A stretch of 64,000 nucleotides of DNA from an uncultured bacterium (GCA_949291365.1 CASEVJ010000011.1:23661-87660); one strand, 5' to 3'. Counted from the stretch's first letter, positions 37,838 through 47,831 are shown. A program made the numbers and translations. The notes: generated by a model not told the origin, from the letters alone.

Positions 37838-39403
37838 TTAGGCCTCTTTGCTGGTCATGCGGGCTTTTTTGTATTTTTCCAACAATTTATCCAGCTCTTC
37901 GGTAGAGGTTTTATGGGCCTGTATATTGGCCATCATATCTCCCACCAGCTCCAAGGAGGAGCCGTCTTCCAACATGTCTAACACAAACTTGGAAATGCGT
38001 CCGTCCGACATGCCATTTAGTTCCCCCACCAAGGTCTGCAGGGCAAACTCATGCTTGGCCCGGTCAGTTTTCCAGAAGGTGTAGGGTGCAAGAGATTTTT
38101 CAAAGAAAGCCAAAATCTCTTGAGCCGGTTTGGTACCCAAGTAATTTTTTAACGCTTGCGGGGCCAGCCCCTGCGTCAGCGTTTGGGCTTTTAAATCACG
38201 CAGATAAGCGGCCTGTTTGTGGGCTTCCTCTTCGCTTAATGTACCCAACAAAACTTTGCAAGCCAGCTCTTTATTTTCCATTTTATCGAGGCAGAAGGGC
38301 AGCTGCTCTAATATTTCGTCCATCTCCCGTTCAATTTGCACGAAAGTTTTCTGCCCGGCAAAGCGTTCTGCAATATCGTATTCATATCCCAGGTACGCTT
38401 CTTTTTTAGACAGGGCTTTGCGCAGCAAAATACGTTCCCGGCGCAGGCCGGCTTTTTGCTGGGCCTTTTCAAAGGTGGGCTCTGTGCCGTCCAAAAGCAC
38501 TTGCACGGCAAGGCCCAAATTTTCTTCTTTCTGGCTTACATGCGGCAGGCGGGCCAACACGGCGTCAAAAGCGTCTTGGATATCCTGCGGCGTTTTGACT
38601 TTCAAATACCGGCACGCGATAATCATTAAATCTTCTTCCAATATTTGCCCTTTGAGCAGCTTGGAAGTCAGGGCGATGTCCTGCGCGTCTTTTTGCGTGA
38701 TTTGGCACAGCAGCACTTTAGCCGCCAAGGAAGCGCAGAGATTTTCATCTTCATTGATTTTGACCAGTGCTTTCATCAGTTTGGCAAAAAGTTTGCCAAA
38801 GTCCATTGCGCCGGGCACGGTATATATAGCCAGCAGAGCGGCTGTCACTTTGACGGAGAGATGATATTTGTCTGCCGCTTCGTAGATGGCTTTTTTGTTT
38901 TCTTCCAATATTTTTTCATTAGGCGCCAAATCTTTCTGCGCCTGCAAAATCAGGCAGTCCAAAGCGTGCTGGGCTTTGTCGGCATCCTCCATTTCTTTAT
39001 TTTCGCGGACGTCTTTTAAGGCCTTGGCAAATTCCACATCAAAAAAGCGTTCCGAGCCGAAAGAGGCATAATAGTTCAGCAGCAAATCCGTCGCTTCCGG
39101 CGGTGTGTCCAGCGCGCCGGCCAGCTCTGCCACAGATACAGCGTTGTTATAAACGCGCAGCTGGCGCAGGGCGGCGGGAAGCGTAATTTCATCAAGCAGC
39201 ATTTTAGCTACAATTGTGTCCGACATTGCGCTGGCTTCCCCCAGTTGTGCGGCAATGTCTGCAATATCCTGCTGCAGGCATTGCAGGGATTTCTTGTTTT
39301 CCAACGTATAGACCAATTTGGCGGCGTAATCGTCGTCAATATTAGGGAGCATTTTGTAAATAGTGCCCAGCATACCGCTGCGTTTGGTTGCTTTTTCTGT
39401 CAT
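37838..39403 (-). CDS. Hypothetical all-alpha protein with internal repeats
   Basis: 521-aa ORF; recurring LAxKVLL-like motif; no family recognised. Confidence 0.7.
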   Translation of the reverse strand: MTEKATKRSGMLGTIYKMLPNIDDDYAAKLVYTLENKKSLQCLQQDIADIAAQLGEASAMSDTIVAKMLLDEITLPAALRQLRVYNNAVSVAELAGALDTPPEATDLLLNYYASFGSERFFDVEFAKALKDVRENKEMEDADKAQHALDCLILQAQKDLAPNEKILEENKKAIYEAADKYHLSVKVTAALLAIYTVPGAMDFGKLFAKLMKALVKINEDENLCASLAAKVLLCQITQKDAQDIALTSKLLKGQILEEDLMIIACRYLKVKTPQDIQDAFDAVLARLPHVSQKEENLGLAVQVLLDGTEPTFEKAQQKAGLRRERILLRKALSKKEAYLGYEYDIAERFAGQKTFVQIEREMDEILEQLPFCLDKMENKELACKVLLGTLSEEEAHKQAAYLRDLKAQTLTQGLAPQALKNYLGTKPAQEILAFFEKSLAPYTFWKTDRAKHEFALQTLVGELNGMSDGRISKFVLDMLEDGSSLELVGDMMANIQAHKTSTEELDKLLEKYKKARMTSKEA

Positions 39404-39415
39404 AATCTCTCGCCT

Positions 39416-39985
39416 TTAACAGGATTTTAAAAATACTTCAATATGTTGGCGGAACTTTTTGTCCCAATCTTCGTCTTTAATAAATTCCAAATTGGCTTTA
39501 ATGTTTTCCACACAGCAGCGTATGGCACATTTAAGCAGATATTGCCCGCAATAAATGTCCGAGATGATTACCGGGGCGATGTCGTCTTTGATGATATCCG
39601 TTTCCCGCAGGCATTGGATAGCCGTGGTGGCAGTGTCCGTCGGTACGCGTGCGGCATATACCAGGGCGCTCTGCATGGCTTTTTGGCGGTCGGCATCTTC
39701 TTTGGGCAATTTTTTAGCCACCAGATACGCGCTGTAGGCGGCGCCGTCCTCCTGAATATAATTATTCAGCTGGCCCTTTAGCGCGCCGAGCTTGCGTATG
39801 TGCTGTTGCAATTTGTTTTTCGTTTCCGGAGCCGTTGTTTTTCTGTTGGCGGTAGTTTGGGCGGCCATCAGGATAAGAGAACAGCCCATAGCTGCGGCCA
39901 TGGCAGCCGCGGCTCCCCCTCCTGGAGTAGGGTCAGAAGAGGCCAGGGCTTGATTAAATTTTTCAGCTGCTTTAAACCATTCCAT
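39416..39985 (-). CDS. Cyclodeaminase/cyclohydrolase family (FTCD C-terminal domain)
   Basis: ALASSDPTPGGGAAAA, EDGAAY, AARVP, ISD, ENIKANL. Confidence 0.85.
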   Translation of the reverse strand: MEWFKAAEKFNQALASSDPTPGGGAAAAMAAAMGCSLILMAAQTTANRKTTAPETKNKLQQHIRKLGALKGQLNNYIQEDGAAYSAYLVAKKLPKEDADRQKAMQSALVYAARVPTDTATTAIQCLRETDIIKDDIAPVIISDIYCGQYLLKCAIRCCVENIKANLEFIKDEDWDKKFRQHIEVFLKSC

Positions 39986-40041
39986 AAAATCCCCAATATT
40001 AGAACTATTTGCTGACGCATACCGCCTTATCGGCGGGGCAA

Positions 40042-40890
40042 TTACATAATGGTGCCGGAAGGCAAATCCGAATATTTTTTAATACGCAGCATTTTCAGGC
40101 GGTCTTCGTCAATGCCGGTACGGCTGAAAAACACATGCTCAATAGCGCTGGCCGGCGAGATGTAAATACCGCGCTTGACTCCTTTGGGGTCTGCATTGAG
40201 CCCCAGCCAAACGTAAAAAGTTTTTATATCGTTAAAATTTTTAATTTCCAGCTCTGCCGCGGCCCGCTGCAAAAGCGCCGCATCGCCAAATCCAGACGTT
40301 ACCGCTGCGCTGTGATAGCCACAGTTCTTGGCGGCGCATACGTCGCGGTGCGTATCCCCAACCACGTAGACTTGGTCGGGCGTGAATTTGGTTTTAAATT
40401 TCTTTTCGGCGCGTTTGACCGCGGCTTTAAGCATTTCTTCGCGGGTATGTCCGTCCTCACCGTAGCCGCCGAAAGAAAAATAGGAAAGCAACCCGGAGGG
40501 CTCCAATTTTATCTGGGCGCCTTTTTCAATATTGCCGGTGCCCAAGCCAAGAGCAATTTCTTTCTCCTGGGAAAGTTTTTCCAGCAGTTTTTTGACACCG
40601 GTGACCAGCTTGTAGGTTTTTTTCTTGCAGGCGCTTTTTACTTCCGCCGGCAGGAGTTCCAGATATTTATCGTAAATTTTTTTCACTTCCGCTTTAGACG
40701 CTTTTTTCCCTTTGACCAATTGGTATACCAAAGCAAAATTATCCGTATCGGTTCGCCCGGAAATTAAACTGTGTTCAAACTGGGGGTGCTTTCCGTAAAG
40801 CGCTTTGACGGCTTTGGTAAGAGCGGTTCTTCCGGCCCCTCCGGCGTAAACCAATGTGCCGTCCAAATCAAAAAGTACCAGTTTTTTCAT
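40042..40890 (-). CDS. HAD-superfamily hydrolase
   Basis: LFDLDGTL, GRTD, TGN, VVGDT. Confidence 0.9.
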   Translation of the reverse strand: MKKLVLFDLDGTLVYAGGAGRTALTKAVKALYGKHPQFEHSLISGRTDTDNFALVYQLVKGKKASKAEVKKIYDKYLELLPAEVKSACKKKTYKLVTGVKKLLEKLSQEKEIALGLGTGNIEKGAQIKLEPSGLLSYFSFGGYGEDGHTREEMLKAAVKRAEKKFKTKFTPDQVYVVGDTHRDVCAAKNCGYHSAAVTSGFGDAALLQRAAAELEIKNFNDIKTFYVWLGLNADPKGVKRGIYISPASAIEHVFFSRTGIDEDRLKMLRIKKYSDLPSGTIM

Positions 40891-41780
40891 TTTGTTGTTT
40901 CTCCTTGCTTGCTGACGATGCCCGTTACGATGTACGCTCCGCCCATGGCTAATATAAGCCCGAGCACTTTAAATACGGTAATCTGGTCTAACCCCAGCAA
41001 TACCGACAAAATAAACGTCATGACCGGGTAAGACAGAATGATAGCAGACGCCTTGCCCAAGTCCATGTGGCGTATGGCGTAATACCAAAATGTATTGCCC
41101 ATAAAATAGTTAAGAACAGCGCTAAAACCCAGCGTCCACCATAAAGTCGGTGCGGGCTGGAACACCAGTCCCTGGGTGGCCGCTACGTATATTATAAGCA
41201 AAAACAGGGCAGGCAGCGCAAACAAAGCGCGCGCGGCGGCTATTTGGGCGGGCTTCATATCTGCGGGCAGTTTTTTGGCAAAGATATGGCTTACTTGGAA
41301 CATCCACAAACAGCCCACAATCATCAAATCCCCTTTCAGCTGCACCGAAAAGCCCGCCTGCCACAAAAGCAGCGTTACCCCAGTTACCACTAGGGCCGAC
41401 CCGCCGATTTGCTTCCAGGTGGGGCGTTCCTTTAAAATCAGCCACGAAAGAATAATGGAATAGACTATTTCAAACTGGTTCAAAATGGCCCCGTTGGTGG
41501 GGGTGGTGTAATTGAGGGCAATCATAAATACCGTCATAGGCAACGCCGTGCCCAACGTGCCCAGCCCCAAAAACTGCCAGAAAAGCTTGCGCTCAAAAAT
41601 GACTTTCCAGCCGCCCGTTTTGATTAAATAGGGAGTAAAAAACAGCACCGCTCCCATACAGCTCAAACAGATAAATAAAGCAGATGTGATATACGGTACG
41701 GCATATTTGGTAACCACCAAGTTGGCTGCGGTTACAAACCACGCTACCCAAATAGCGGCTACAGGTGAGAATTTTTTCAT
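40887..41780 (-). CDS. DMT/EamA-family transporter
   Basis: 10-TM pattern, two EamA halves, ILKER motif; start set at MKKFSP. Confidence 0.88.
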   Translation of the reverse strand: MKKFSPVAAIWVAWFVTAANLVVTKYAVPYITSALFICLSCMGAVLFFTPYLIKTGGWKVIFERKLFWQFLGLGTLGTALPMTVFMIALNYTTPTNGAILNQFEIVYSIILSWLILKERPTWKQIGGSALVVTGVTLLLWQAGFSVQLKGDLMIVGCLWMFQVSHIFAKKLPADMKPAQIAAARALFALPALFLLIIYVAATQGLVFQPAPTLWWTLGFSAVLNYFMGNTFWYYAIRHMDLGKASAIILSYPVMTFILSVLLGLDQITVFKVLGLILAMGGAYIVTGIVSKQGETTK

Positions 41781-42664
41781 ACTTGCTCCTGTTGTTTCTT
41801 GACGATTATACTGACCCAATATGCTCCCGCCAGCGTCAGTGCCAAGCCAAACAGCTGGTAGAGGTGTAAAGTTTCAAATCCCAATAGTAACGATAAAATA
41901 AACGACAAAACGGGGTAAGACAGATAAATAGCCGTTACTTTGCCCAAGTCCAGCGCGCGTATGGCCTGATACCATAAAATCATGGCCCAGCCATATTTAA
42001 AAATGCCGGTGTAAAGAAGCACCCACAGGGCGGTAAATCCTGGTTTGAACGTAAGCCCTTGCGGGGTTGTAAAAGATAAAAAGAGCAAAATAATGGCCAA
42101 AGCCGGCAGTGCGTAAATATTGCGTGCGGCGGCAATGACGCGGTGGTCTAAATGGCTGGGTAATTTTTTGGCCAGGCAGGAGGCGGCCTGCAGCATCCAG
42201 GTACAACCCACCACCATTAAATCCCCTGTCCAGCGGGGAGTATACTGCTCTTTAAGCAAAATAAGCACTACGCCGGCCAGAATGAGCATGCTGCCCCAAA
42301 TTTGCTGTTTGGAAGGGATTTCTTTTAAAAATAAGGCCGCGATAAGCAGCGAATAGAAAAGCTCCGATTGCTGCAGGATGGCCGCATTGCCCGGCGTGGT
42401 GTAATGCAAGGCCCAAAGCAAAATGGAGAAAGGCAGAGCTGTGCCAAAAGTGCCTATAAACAGAAATTTCCAGCGGGTTTGCGCAGCAAAGAGTTCCCCC
42501 CATTTATGATGACGGGTTAGCCACGGGGCAAAAAAAGCCACTGCTGCCAACGTTCCCAGAAAGACCAACAATACAGGGCTGACTATGCCAACGGCGTACC
42601 GTCCGGCTATGGGGGAAGCCCCCACAATAGCCCAGCACAGCCATACTGCTAACAAAGGATTCAT
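41777..42664 (-). CDS. DMT/EamA-family transporter (tandem paralogue)
   Basis: 10-TM pattern; shares GTLGTALP/GTFGTALP and AIRxxDLGK with its neighbour; 4-nt overlap. Confidence 0.88.
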   Translation of the reverse strand: MNPLLAVWLCWAIVGASPIAGRYAVGIVSPVLLVFLGTLAAVAFFAPWLTRHHKWGELFAAQTRWKFLFIGTFGTALPFSILLWALHYTTPGNAAILQQSELFYSLLIAALFLKEIPSKQQIWGSMLILAGVVLILLKEQYTPRWTGDLMVVGCTWMLQAASCLAKKLPSHLDHRVIAAARNIYALPALAIILLFLSFTTPQGLTFKPGFTALWVLLYTGIFKYGWAMILWYQAIRALDLGKVTAIYLSYPVLSFILSLLLGFETLHLYQLFGLALTLAGAYWVSIIVKKQQEQV

Positions 42665-42762
42665 CGTGACTCCGAAGAAGTAAATATAATAAATTATATC
42701 AAAAAGCGGATTGCTTTTCCGACGGGGATTTTTTATTTTTTTCTTTTTATTTGGGCGGAGTT

Positions 42763-42791
42763 TTGCCAGCGGGAATTAATTTTGCTAAAAT
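42763..42791 (+). promoter_or_regulatory. Sigma-70 promoter for tRNA-Leu
   Basis: TTGCCA-17 nt-TAAAAT with a TGn extended -10. Confidence 0.6.
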
Positions 42792-42837
42792 ATACAAGTA
42801 ACAAATGAGTTTTCCCTCGCAGTACAGACGCTTTTTA

Positions 42838-42919
42838 GCGCGGGTGGCGGAATTGGTATACGCGTGCGTTTGAGGGGCGCATGCCTCACGGCTTGGGGGT
42901 TCGAGTCCCCCCCCGCGCA
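42838..42919 (+). tRNA. tRNA-Leu (anticodon GAG)
   Basis: GCGCGGG/CCCGCGC acceptor, discriminator A, TGCGT-TT[GAG]GG-GCGCA, long variable arm, GGGGG-TTCGAGT-CCCCC; CCA not encoded. Confidence 0.93.
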
Positions 42920-43257
42920 TGATTTATATCCGGCGACAGGCCGGATTTTTTATGTCTAAAGCGGGGCGAGTGTACAGGAACGATAAACGGGGAGCGCACA
43001 AACTGCTTTGTGCGCGTGGGGACGAGAAAGGCGGAGCGATGTTTTTGTTTGAGCGAAGCAAAAGGCAAAAACCGCGAGCCCGGCCTGCAGGCGTTTGCCG
43101 TCAGGCAAACGACCGGAAGGCGAGTTCAGTCCCCGCGCATGATTTATATCCGGCGGCAGGCCGGATTTTTTATGCCCAGATTTCCACGCGGGCGGGGTAT
43201 GGATTATGTTAAGAGCGGGGAGCGCACAAACTTCTTTGTGCGCGTGGGGATGAGAAA
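42911..43257 (+). repeat. tRNA-Leu 3'-end-associated direct repeat, about 220-nt period
   Basis: CCCCGCGCATGATTTATATCCGGCG(A/G)CAGGCCGGATTTTTTATG at 42911 and 43131; CGGGGAGCGCACAAACT(G/T)CTTTGTGCGCGTGGGGA at 42988 and 43216. Confidence 0.9.
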
Positions 43258-43316
43258 ATGGCTCAATAGTTGGACTTGAGAAGGGTACAAGCCGTGCAAA
43301 AACTTCCATGAAAATC

Positions 43317-43850
43317 TTAAGGTTTTATGACCTTTTCAAAACGGAAAAATTCGTCCCGGCCCAAAGGGTTTTCCCCTTCAGATAACTGATAGCGGGGATT
43401 GAGCGGGAAATGATGTTTGTTTACAAATTCCACTATTTTAAAACCACATTTATTGAGATAGAAATGTATATTTCTTTTTTCAAAATAAGGTGTTACTAGT
43501 TCCCACGCTTTTGCTTGGGGATAGTGTTTTTCCAGCGTTTGCCAGACCAATTGTCCAATGCCTTCCCCCTGTAATTTGGGGGAGATGAAGAATAACTCCA
43601 AAAAAGCCCGCTTGCAGGTAGCATCATATTGCACTACGGCTCCGCCGCATTTTTCTGCGTTGCAGAGAGCATAGTATGCCTCTGTCCCGGCGGTATTGAG
43701 GGTGTGATTAATTTCTTTTTCCGGGGGAAAGGGCTCTGTGATGGGAAAATGGTTTTTTAGGGCGGCAGAAAAGGCCTCTTGAATGGCGGCAACAAAAGCA
43801 GATCTGTCTGCCGGAGAAACGGGAATGAGTGCAATGGTTTTCTTTGTCAT
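43317..43850 (-). CDS. GNAT-family N-acetyltransferase
   Basis: LFFISPKLQGEGIG acetyl-CoA motif; NIHFYLNKCGF. Confidence 0.85.
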   Translation of the reverse strand: MTKKTIALIPVSPADRSAFVAAIQEAFSAALKNHFPITEPFPPEKEINHTLNTAGTEAYYALCNAEKCGGAVVQYDATCKRAFLELFFISPKLQGEGIGQLVWQTLEKHYPQAKAWELVTPYFEKRNIHFYLNKCGFKIVEFVNKHHFPLNPRYQLSEGENPLGRDEFFRFEKVIKP

Positions 43851-43945
43851 ATTTATCTTCCGCTGCTACTTTATTTTCCCATATAAAGACTAAAAAATGC
43901 AACAAAAAACCCGCGCCAAAAGCGCGGGTTTTATCGGTCAAATTC

Positions 43946-44242
43946 TTATTTGCCCGGAGTGACCGGAGCCGTAGGAGCCGGAAGATTTACTTTGTCTAAT
44001 ACAGACGAAGAGGCCTTGTTGTTATAAGACACCGTCAGCAAAATAGAAGTGATAAATAACAATACCGCCAAACCGGCAGTTAGTTTGTTTACGGCGTTAA
44101 AAGCGGTGGGGCTGGCAAAAATATTATCTGCGCCGGAGGCACCAAAAATCCCGGCGGCGGAACCTTTTCCGCTTTGCAATAAGATGAGCAAAATCAACAA
44201 AATGCACGCAAAATAGTGAATGATGAGAAGAAGCGTTTGCAT
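43946..44242 (-). CDS. secG: Preprotein translocase subunit SecG
   Basis: Two TM; ILLQSGKGSAAGIFG and NKLT; AGGAG RBS. Confidence 0.9.
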   Translation of the reverse strand: MQTLLLIIHYFACILLILLILLQSGKGSAAGIFGASGADNIFASPTAFNAVNKLTAGLAVLLFITSILLTVSYNNKASSSVLDKVNLPAPTAPVTPGK

Positions 44243-44533
44243 AAATTTTATATCTCCTGTAAAAGTAACGTATTTATTATACAATTTTTACCGCATATAT
44301 GTGTATGATACAGACGCAGCGGATAGAAATGACATGTGGATACCCTCGGCTATTTACATGAAATGTTTAGGTGTTTTGTTACAAGGTAATTTTCTGCAAA
44401 AATAATTTCTTCTATATGAGCAGGAAAGCCACTGGGTGAATGTGGTCTCTGCATTTGATTTCTGGCGTTTTTTGGGCCCGGGGCAAATAAAAATCCCCCC
44501 GCCTAAGTCGGAGGGATTTGTTTGTGTCAGGGG

Positions 44534-44793
44534 TTATTTTGTCAAAGACACAAGTCTGGGCAATTCTTTGGACAAAAATAGACCGGGCCCCAAACAACAG
44601 GGCCCGGTTTGTGTCAATAAGCTGGGGGAAGCCCAAAGACTTGCCCTATTTGGTCAATGCGACCAAACCCGGCAATTCTTTGGGCAAAAATAGACCGGGC
44701 CCCAACAATAGGGCCCGGTTTGTGTGTCTATAGCTGGGGGAAGCCCAAAGACTTGCCTTATTTGGTTAAAGCGACCAAACCCGGCAATTCTTT
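44534..44793 (-). repeat. Tandem array of pgk 3' ends with a 112-nt period (three 36-nt gene ends, two 76-nt linkers)
   Basis: Stop codons at 44758, 44646 and 44534; copies encode KELPGLVALTK*, KELPGLVALTK* and KELPRLVSLTK*; the linkers are near-identical and each has a CCGGGCCC/GGGCCCGG hairpin. Confidence 0.93.
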
Positions 44794-45951
44794 GCCTTCC
44801 ACAAATTCCATACTGGCGCCGCCGCCCGTGGAAACGTGCGAAAACGCTTTCTGGTCAATTTTGCCTTTCTTGAGCACATTGACGCTGTCGCCGCCGCCGA
44901 TGATGGAAATGGCGCCGTTTTTGGTGGCTTCAATCATCGCATTGGCAATTGCGTAGCTGCCTGCGGCAAAATTGGGGAATTCAAACACGCCCATAGGGCC
45001 GTTCCAGAAAATCGTTTTGCATTTGAGCAGTTCGTCGGCAAACAATTTCTCCGTCTTGGGGCCGATGTCCATGCCTTCCATGTCGGCGGGAATGGTGTCG
45101 GACACGACGGCTTCTGCCGTTTCGGAAAATTCTTTAGCTAGGCGGAAATCCACCGGCATCAACATTTTGACGCCTTTAGCTTCGGCTTTAGCCATAACCT
45201 GTTTGGCTTCTTCAATTTTGCTTTCATCAAGCAGGGATTTGCCCACTTCCATGCCTTTGGCTTTCAGGAAAGTATAGGCCATGCCGCCGCCGATGATGAG
45301 CACATTGACTTTGTCCAACAAGTTGTTAAGCAGCATAATTTTGTCGGACACTTTCGCCCCGCCAATGACGGCTGCAAACGGGCGGGCCGGATTATTGAGG
45401 GCTTTACCCAAAAATTCCACTTCTTTCTGCACCAAGAAGCCCATAGAGCCCGGCAGATATTGCGCAATAGCGCTGGTAGAGGCGTGGGCGCGGTGCACGG
45501 TGCCGAACGCTTCCTGCACAAACACTTCACCGTGTTTGGCCAGCTGTTTGGCAAATTCGGGGTCGTTCTTTTCTTCTTCGGGGTGGAAGCGCAGGTTTTC
45601 CAAGAGCACAATTTCGCCGTTTTTGGCGCTTTCCACTACTTTGTCAGCTTCCGGGCCGACGCAGTCTTTGGCAAAGTGCACGGGAACGCCGAACACTCTC
45701 TGCACTTCTTCCGCCACTGGGGCCAAGCTAAATTCCGGCGCTACTTTGCCTTTGGGGCGGCCCAGGTGGGCCATCAAAACGATGCGGCAGTTGTTGTCAA
45801 GCAGATGCTTGATAGTTTTTTCCGTGGCAACGATGCGTTTGTTGTTGTCCACTTTGCCGTCTTTGAGGGGCACGTTGTAGTCCACGCGCACCAATACTTT
45901 TTTGTTTTTCAAATCTACGTCCTGCACTTTTTTAATGCTGTCAAAATTCAT
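44758..45951 (-). CDS. pgk: Phosphoglycerate kinase
   Basis: RVDYNVP, HLGRP, LLENLRF, GGAKVSDK, WNGPMG, GGGDS, STGGGASMEF. Confidence 0.98.
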   Translation of the reverse strand: MNFDSIKKVQDVDLKNKKVLVRVDYNVPLKDGKVDNNKRIVATEKTIKHLLDNNCRIVLMAHLGRPKGKVAPEFSLAPVAEEVQRVFGVPVHFAKDCVGPEADKVVESAKNGEIVLLENLRFHPEEEKNDPEFAKQLAKHGEVFVQEAFGTVHRAHASTSAIAQYLPGSMGFLVQKEVEFLGKALNNPARPFAAVIGGAKVSDKIMLLNNLLDKVNVLIIGGGMAYTFLKAKGMEVGKSLLDESKIEEAKQVMAKAEAKGVKMLMPVDFRLAKEFSETAEAVVSDTIPADMEGMDIGPKTEKLFADELLKCKTIFWNGPMGVFEFPNFAAGSYAIANAMIEATKNGAISIIGGGDSVNVLKKGKIDQKAFSHVSTGGGASMEFVEGKELPGLVALTK

Positions 45952-46021
45952 TTCTTTCACCCCTTCTACATTAGAGAAAGCAAAGGCGGCTTTTGCAAGC
46001 CGCCTTTGCTTGTAAGACAGA

Positions 46022-47077
<1,056 letters not shown>

Positions 47078-47105
47078 CTATTTTACAAAATTTTTACACG
47101 CGTGA

Positions 47106-47831
47106 TTAGTTGCGGCTGCTGTTGGTGCGGCCCAACAGGCGCAAAATTTCCAGATACAGCCATACCAGCGTAATCAACAGCGAAAAACCGGCATACCATT
47201 CCATGTATTTCGGTACGACCACATGGGAGGTCAGCTCATCAATAAAGTGAAAGTCCAGCAAGAAGTTAAACGCCGCCACGCCGCAAATCAAAAGGTTAAT
47301 GCCAATGCTTAACGGGCTGGTGCTGGAAAAATAGCTTACATTGACTCCAAAGAGCATCAAAATAATAGAAACTACATAGAATATCGCAATAGCACCCGTG
47401 GCCGATACGATACCTATTGCCAGCCCGCGGGTAACTTTGATGATTTGCGTTTTGTACAAGAAAAGCATGATAAAAAACACCAGCAGCGTAATGGCAACGG
47501 CCTGGGCCACGATGCCATGGTATTGGGCGTTGTAGATGGCGGAAATCCCCCCCAGTACTAGCCCCTCTCCCACTGCATACAGCGGAGCGAGCATAGGAGC
47601 GGTATTTTTGTTAAAGATAATAATCAAGCTTATTGCAAAAGTGACCAAAGCGATAAGCCCCGTATAGGCCGCTATAGCCGTATGATGAAAGCTGATCATG
47701 CCTGCCACTGCACATAGCAACAGCAGGAAAAATGTTTTATTGATTGTGCCCTGCAGCGTCATAGCGCTGCCGGTGCGGTTGAGGGCCTGTTGGTAGGCCT
47801 TTTCATTAAAGAGCGGATTGCCGCTTGCCAT
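47106..47831 (-). CDS. Bax inhibitor-1/YccA-family membrane protein
   Basis: MTLQGTINKT, LYAVGEG, LLDF, TLVWLYLEILRLL. Confidence 0.85.
   Translation of the reverse strand: MASGNPLFNEKAYQQALNRTGSAMTLQGTINKTFFLLLLCAVAGMISFHHTAIAAYTGLIALVTFAISLIIIFNKNTAPMLAPLYAVGEGLVLGGISAIYNAQYHGIVAQAVAITLLVFFIMLFLYKTQIIKVTRGLAIGIVSATGAIAIFYVVSIILMLFGVNVSYFSSTSPLSIGINLLICGVAAFNFLLDFHFIDELTSHVVVPKYMEWYAGFSLLITLVWLYLEILRLLGRTNSSRN

Noticed and set aside
44534-44793. CRISPR array interpretation of the 36-nt repeats
   Set aside because: The 76-nt intervening segments are near-identical rather than unique, the repeat is the pgk coding end, and no cas genes are present.
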